A DNA stretch of 11,525 nt, taken from the UHGV virus genome UHGV-1357462; one strand, 5' to 3'. This document shows, one piece after another, positions 7,761-11,525 of this stretch. Made by a program: the position numbers and the translations under genes. Below the pieces are notes generated by a model. It did not search any database, was not told the origin of the DNA, and saw only the letters and a list, made by a program, of their open reading frames with translations. Numbering within the stretch: the stretch's first letter is position 1; each line of letters begins with the position of its first letter. The stretch is from a virus.

Positions 7761-8178
7761 TGTACAAATGTTCTTTGGCTACAAATACACCTACTGATCA
7801 TGTTCTGCTATGCTCTGATACCTCCAAAATGTACAATCAGCGGCATGAATTTTTCTTTGTACATATGATTGTACATAATTAAAGAGACAACAATTATGAC
7901 AAGCCTTTTGGCCGCAGAGGTAGCGAAAAGAAGAACCTTTGCAATTATTTCTCACCCCAATAATTAAGTCCAAATTAAAGCTCTTTTACTCTTTCAAAAT
8001 CCTTTCAGTTAATTGAAGTTGAGCTATATAACTCATTTAAATACATTTGTTTATGTAGCTTCTTTAATTGAAAACTCTTTCATGTAACTTTAAATCGATC
8101 AGCTTGCTTTCATCAAAAACCTGTACATATGCTTGTACATAATGTACAAAACAGCAGAGGTGTTTTGCGATTTGTACA
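7761..8178. repeat. AT-rich array of eight TGTACA(W)A motifs including a 22-bp direct repeat; candidate integrase arm sites / attP or operator array
   Basis: TGTACA at 7761, 7830, 7858, 7870, 8122, 8134, 8143 and 8173. The 22-mers at 7858-7879 (TGTACATATGATTGTACATAAT) and 8122-8143 (TGTACATATGCTTGTACATAAT) match at 21 of 22 positions. Sits between the dinI promoter and the integrase start. Confidence 0.6.
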
Positions 8179-8187
8179 AGGTGAGTA

Positions 8188-9411
8188 ATGGCGCTGTCTG
8201 ATGCGTGGTTGCGTTCAGTCGTTGGAAAGGAACGTGATAAGGTTTTGGTTAAATCCGATCGTGATGGTCTGTCTGTCAGAGTATCACCGAAAGGTCGCGT
8301 AGTGTTCCAATATCGTTATCAATGGGCAGGGAAAGGTGAGCGTCTTGATATCGGAACTTACCCGGCAACTGGATTAAAAGAGGCCAGAGAAGAAGTTATC
8401 CGTCTTCGTGGTGAACTCGAGTCAAACCGTAATCCACGATTGGTCAAGCAGGCTGAAAAACGAAAAGCTACTGAAGCCATGACGGTAGAGTCTGTGATCC
8501 GTGCTTGGTATGAAGCATATTGTGTAAAAAATAAAAAAGGTTCTGAACAGATACTTCGCTCGTTTGAGCTGCACCTGTTCTCTAAAATCGGGAATATCCC
8601 TCACGATGCAGCTACATTGCATGATTGGTTAGAAGTCCTGGAGCCTCTTAGCACTAAGACTCCAGCAATAGCAGACCGATTGCTAATTAACGCAAAGCAG
8701 GCCCATGTCTGGGCGTATAAGAGAAAGCTCATTGAAACTCGCCCGCTGTCGGATATCACGGGTAAAGATATGGATATCCGTAAAGGTCAGAAGAAACGGT
8801 TTCTGACACATGATGAAATTAAAATCCTTTATGCTGCGATCGATGGTTCTCGAATGGTTCCTAAATACCGGGCCTTCATTAAACTATTGCTGCATTTTGG
8901 TTGCCGTAGTTCAGAGCTAATTACCGCCCGGGTGGACGATTTTGATTTCATTAATAAAGTATGGACTGTACCACCAGAACGACATAAGACAGGGGAGATA
9001 ACAGGCGAACCGCTAAAGCGGCCCATTATTGAACCGGTTGAAGAGCTTATAAAGTACGCTATCTCTATGAACAATGGTTCCGATATGCTTTTTACTAAGG
9101 AAGGAAGCAGGGAACCCGTTGGTCGGACATCATTGCAGTCGCTGCCTTACAATTTAATGCAGTACGCATGGCGGTGTTTAGGATATCAATTCCCTCATTG
9201 GTCTCTTCATGACTTGAGACGTACAGCTCGAACAAATTTTTCTGATCTTACTGCGCCTCATATCGCAGAAATTATGCTTGGTCATAAGCTGCCAGGGGTA
9301 TGGCAAGTTTATGATAAGAGCGATTATCTAGAAGAACAGCGTAAAGCTTACCTGGCATGGTGGAAGAGGGTTGAATCGATTGTTAATTGTACTATCTCTG
9401 ATTCAAACTGA
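8188..9411 (+). CDS. int: Tyrosine integrase, P4-type, with an N-terminal arm-binding (DUF4102-like) domain
   Basis: 407 codons with AAGGTGAG RBS. N-terminal …GLSVRVSPKGRVVFQYRY… is typical of P4-family integrases. Catalytic-domain hallmarks are present: LHFGCRSSEL (Arg), HDLRRTART (His-x-x-Arg) and LGHK…VYDKSDY (His and Tyr). Confidence 0.9.
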   Translation: MALSDAWLRSVVGKERDKVLVKSDRDGLSVRVSPKGRVVFQYRYQWAGKGERLDIGTYPATGLKEAREEVIRLRGELESNRNPRLVKQAEKRKATEAMTVESVIRAWYEAYCVKNKKGSEQILRSFELHLFSKIGNIPHDAATLHDWLEVLEPLSTKTPAIADRLLINAKQAHVWAYKRKLIETRPLSDITGKDMDIRKGQKKRFLTHDEIKILYAAIDGSRMVPKYRAFIKLLLHFGCRSSELITARVDDFDFINKVWTVPPERHKTGEITGEPLKRPIIEPVEELIKYAISMNNGSDMLFTKEGSREPVGRTSLQSLPYNLMQYAWRCLGYQFPHWSLHDLRRTARTNFSDLTAPHIAEIMLGHKLPGVWQVYDKSDYLEEQRKAYLAWWKRVESIVNCTISDSN

Positions 9412-9697
9412 CGGTTTGTATCACCTGAACATAACCAAATCTCCTAGCACACTTTGAGCGAGATGTGAGCGTTAAGTTTACGCCATTGTGTTGACATAAG
9501 AGGGGGGCGGGTATCGATATCATCACTATCCCTATGCCCCTAAATCGCTCCTGCCATTTGATAAATGCAGATGTTTACCACCAAATGTTTTTGATACTAT
9601 AGGTCGATTCATGATTTACCTAGAAACTTAGTTGTAACGAAAACTTCTTAACGGACACTATCTGGATAAAGTTAGTTTTTTATTTAAGAGGGTTAAC

Positions 9698-10417
9698 ATG
9701 TCAAAGTTAAAAAATGAACCATTAGTAAGGGTATCAGAAGAAGACGGAATAGAAATAAGGAAGATCCAATATCCAGATAATACGATAGAAAGAATTTATA
9801 AGCAGAAAGGTGTAATATTACCACGAATACCTTTAAAAGGCCGCTTTGTAGAACAATATGTGGCCTTACAGTTGCTTGATAAAGATCTTCGGAATGTTAT
9901 TGGTTGGGAGAATATAATAAAAAACATTTGTAATAACATTAATAAAGAACAACACTTTATTTATCCGGATTTAGAAAAGAATCTAATATTAAAGTCTTTA
10001 TTTATATCAAAAGTTGTTACTTACGGTAAGTGTTTTACAGAGGCGAAAGGGCGTCGATTCACATTGCAGAGAAAGCATGTGCCAGAAAAATACAGAGATT
10101 TACATGATTCTATTATGAATGTTAGACATAACTTTGCTGCCCATAAAGGTGAATTCGAATATGATCAATGTGGCTTGGTTTTAATATTGCCGGGGACCAA
10201 GAAGAAAAGGTACTATCATATTTTTTCAGAGCTCAATCAAATAAATTACGGTAATAATGAGGAAGATGATGAACGTTTTTTTATGTTATATGATTCACTG
10301 CGTGAAGTCATTAAAGAAAAACAAGATAAATTAATTGATAAAATATACGCTGAAAAGATTCATACTCAAACAATGGAGTATTGGTTGAGCCGAGCAGGAA
10401 AAGAAACAGAGATTTAA
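9698..10417 (+). CDS. Hypothetical protein, very AT-rich orphan cargo gene; weak HEPN-like R-x5-H motif (VRHNFAAH)
   Basis: 239 codons with a strong RBS (AAGAGGG, 10 nt before the ATG). Clearly lower G+C than all neighbours. No family recognised beyond an R-x5-H spacing compatible with the loose HEPN Rx4-6H signature. Sits between the integrase and the AlpA-like gene. Confidence 0.7.
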   Translation: MSKLKNEPLVRVSEEDGIEIRKIQYPDNTIERIYKQKGVILPRIPLKGRFVEQYVALQLLDKDLRNVIGWENIIKNICNNINKEQHFIYPDLEKNLILKSLFISKVVTYGKCFTEAKGRRFTLQRKHVPEKYRDLHDSIMNVRHNFAAHKGEFEYDQCGLVLILPGTKKKRYYHIFSELNQINYGNNEEDDERFFMLYDSLREVIKEKQDKLIDKIYAEKIHTQTMEYWLSRAGKETEI

Positions 10418-10699
10418 TTTGTTCAGTATATAAAAGCTAATTTTTAAGGAGTAATTTTAAGATGATTAAAGCTGATTACATTGCGATAGGTACTCTACGA
10501 CTAACTTTTCAACAAGATTAAGGGGGTAATCAATTTTATTTGTATCAATGGTATGACATTTCTTGGTGATAATGTTTTGATCTTATCGATTCATGTCATA
10601 TGGTCATTGGTGACGTCCGCTCTTGGTAAAGAGTGGACGCTCAGATTAGGTTTGGCATCTAAGCATAGATGTGTCAGCTCACATCTAAGCTAATACATA

Positions 10700-10894
10700 T
10701 TACTCAATCACTCCCGCAAATCTGTAAATCTTGTGTGATGCCCATTTATTTGGGCAGGATTTAATATCAGGATCTGGAAAGTCAGGCCTGTATTTCTGAC
10801 CAGTTCTCCTGTTTACGCTGTTCCAGCGAAGAACTGTCGATACTGAAACACCACAGAAATCGGCGACTTGTTTAGTTGTCATTAAGTTGTTCAT
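10700..10894 (-). CDS. AlpA/Xis-family helix-turn-helix DNA-binding protein (excisionase / transcriptional regulator-like)
   Basis: 64 codons. N-terminal TTKQVADFCGVSVSTVLRW looks like an HTH. GGAGG RBS, and the start overlaps the upstream gene's stop (TAATG). Small size and position next to the integrase region fit this family. Confidence 0.6.
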   Translation of the reverse strand: MNNLMTTKQVADFCGVSVSTVLRWNSVNRRTGQKYRPDFPDPDIKSCPNKWASHKIYRFAGVIE

Positions 10895-11525
10895 TACTTC
10901 ACCTCCTGCGGCGGCTCCGGTAGTGGCATCCAGTGGGTTACTTTCGATGCCTGTTCTTCCTCATTGTCAGTAACTGCCCACCATTTGTTTCTCGACCAAT
11001 CGTAATACCCTTCGAAGGTATCGCACTCAGTCCAGCCGTAAGACTTCCCCCAACACCAAACATACTGTTTATCATTCGGCATTCGCTCACTACAGCTTAT
11101 CCAACCACCCGGACTTACCGGAGAGTTGCCAGACAGCGCGTTCTGCAGCCGTTCCAGCTTAACGTATTCCTGAACCCTGTTTCCGTCGCACACCTGAAGC
11201 CATTGCGCAGCCTTTTGCGCATCAGTGTGAAAGGCACAAGTGCGACCGTCATCAAATTGCATTTCGTAGAGGTCAGCAACTTGTTCAAACTGCGTGTGTG
11301 GTGACTTGTAAGTTTGGTTTACAGGTTCGGCACCATGAAGCATGGCGGCGCGGCAGGCGTTCCAGCCTTCATCAAAACCGACTATGCCATTATTTAAAGA
11401 CGGACGAGCATCTGGCACTACCGGCACTGGCTTGGCTATATATAGCGGCTGAACATACCAGCCCTTTGATAACCAACTGTCAGCAATGTTTTTACACCTC
11501 GTTATTGCCGGAATACCTAAGCCAT
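10894..11525 (-). CDS. Phage early-region protein with a C-terminal DUF551-like domain; 5'-partial, the frame is open to the window end
   Basis: The reading frame has no stop between 11525 and the ORF-track start, which is a GTG with no good RBS, so the gene most likely starts beyond the window. The W-rich C-terminus (WISCSERMPNDKQYVWCWG…THWMPLPEPP) is typical of DUF551 domains in lambdoid early regions. Translationally coupled to the AlpA-like gene. Confidence 0.55.
   Translation of the reverse strand, partial: GLGIPAITRCKNIADSWLSKGWYVQPLYIAKPVPVVPDARPSLNNGIVGFDEGWNACRAAMLHGAEPVNQTYKSPHTQFEQVADLYEMQFDDGRTCAFHTDAQKAAQWLQVCDGNRVQEYVKLERLQNALSGNSPVSPGGWISCSERMPNDKQYVWCWGKSYGWTECDTFEGYYDWSRNKWWAVTDNEEEQASKVTHWMPLPEPPQEVK

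Noticed and set aside
7791-7973. 60-codon - strand ORF inside the TGTACA repeat region.
   Set aside because: No RBS, Cys/Asn-rich translation, and it overlaps repeat motifs; the region is better explained as regulatory or att DNA.
7761-8178. Possible CRISPR array, given the repeated motifs.
   Set aside because: The repeats are 6-22 bp with irregular spacing of 9-250 bp, not 25-40 bp repeats separated by uniform spacers.
8422-11304. Antisense ORFs inside the integrase (8422-8622 -, 8829-9074 -) and inside the DUF551-like gene (10933-11304 +).
   Set aside because: They are fully contained in stronger ORFs on the opposite strand and lack start context.
1-11525. tRNA, tmRNA or rRNA genes, which would be expected next to a P4-type integrase.
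   Set aside because: No GGTTCGAATCC-like T-arm or cloverleaf-capable GC-rich segment was seen by eye near the integrase; a tRNAscan run would settle this.

Overview
The window is entirely phage-derived, with no host housekeeping genes, tRNA or CRISPR array seen. Positions 1-5900 are a Mu/e14-like baseplate and tail-fibre module read on the + strand: a gpD-like hub (5'-partial), gpV-like spike, GP46-like protein, baseplate J, gp48/YmfQ-like protein, then a tail-fibre gene whose 3' part sits inside a roughly 1.8 kb invertible host-range segment. That segment carries two convergent alternative fibre-tip plus assembly gene sets, bounded by inverted Pin/Gin-type crossover sites, and is followed by a pin-family invertase that is truncated after its catalytic domain. 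Positions 5900-7740 are a lower-GC cargo module on the - strand: a DinI-family gene behind a near-consensus promoter carrying two LexA boxes, followed by a ClpP-fold serine peptidase with an acidic tail and its own terminator. Positions 7760-8180 are an AT-rich intergenic region with eight TGTACA(W)A motifs, likely attP arm sites or an operator array, immediately upstream of a P4-type tyrosine integrase (8188-9411). Beyond it lie a very AT-rich orphan gene of 239 codons (9698-10417), then on the - strand an AlpA/Xis-like regulator coupled to a DUF551-like early gene that runs off the window. The best candidates for an undescribed system are the SOS-controlled DinI plus ClpP-fold peptidase cassette and the AT-rich orphan in the integrase-proximal cargo slot. 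All functional assignments come from reading the sequence and recalling protein families; no database search or HMM was run.
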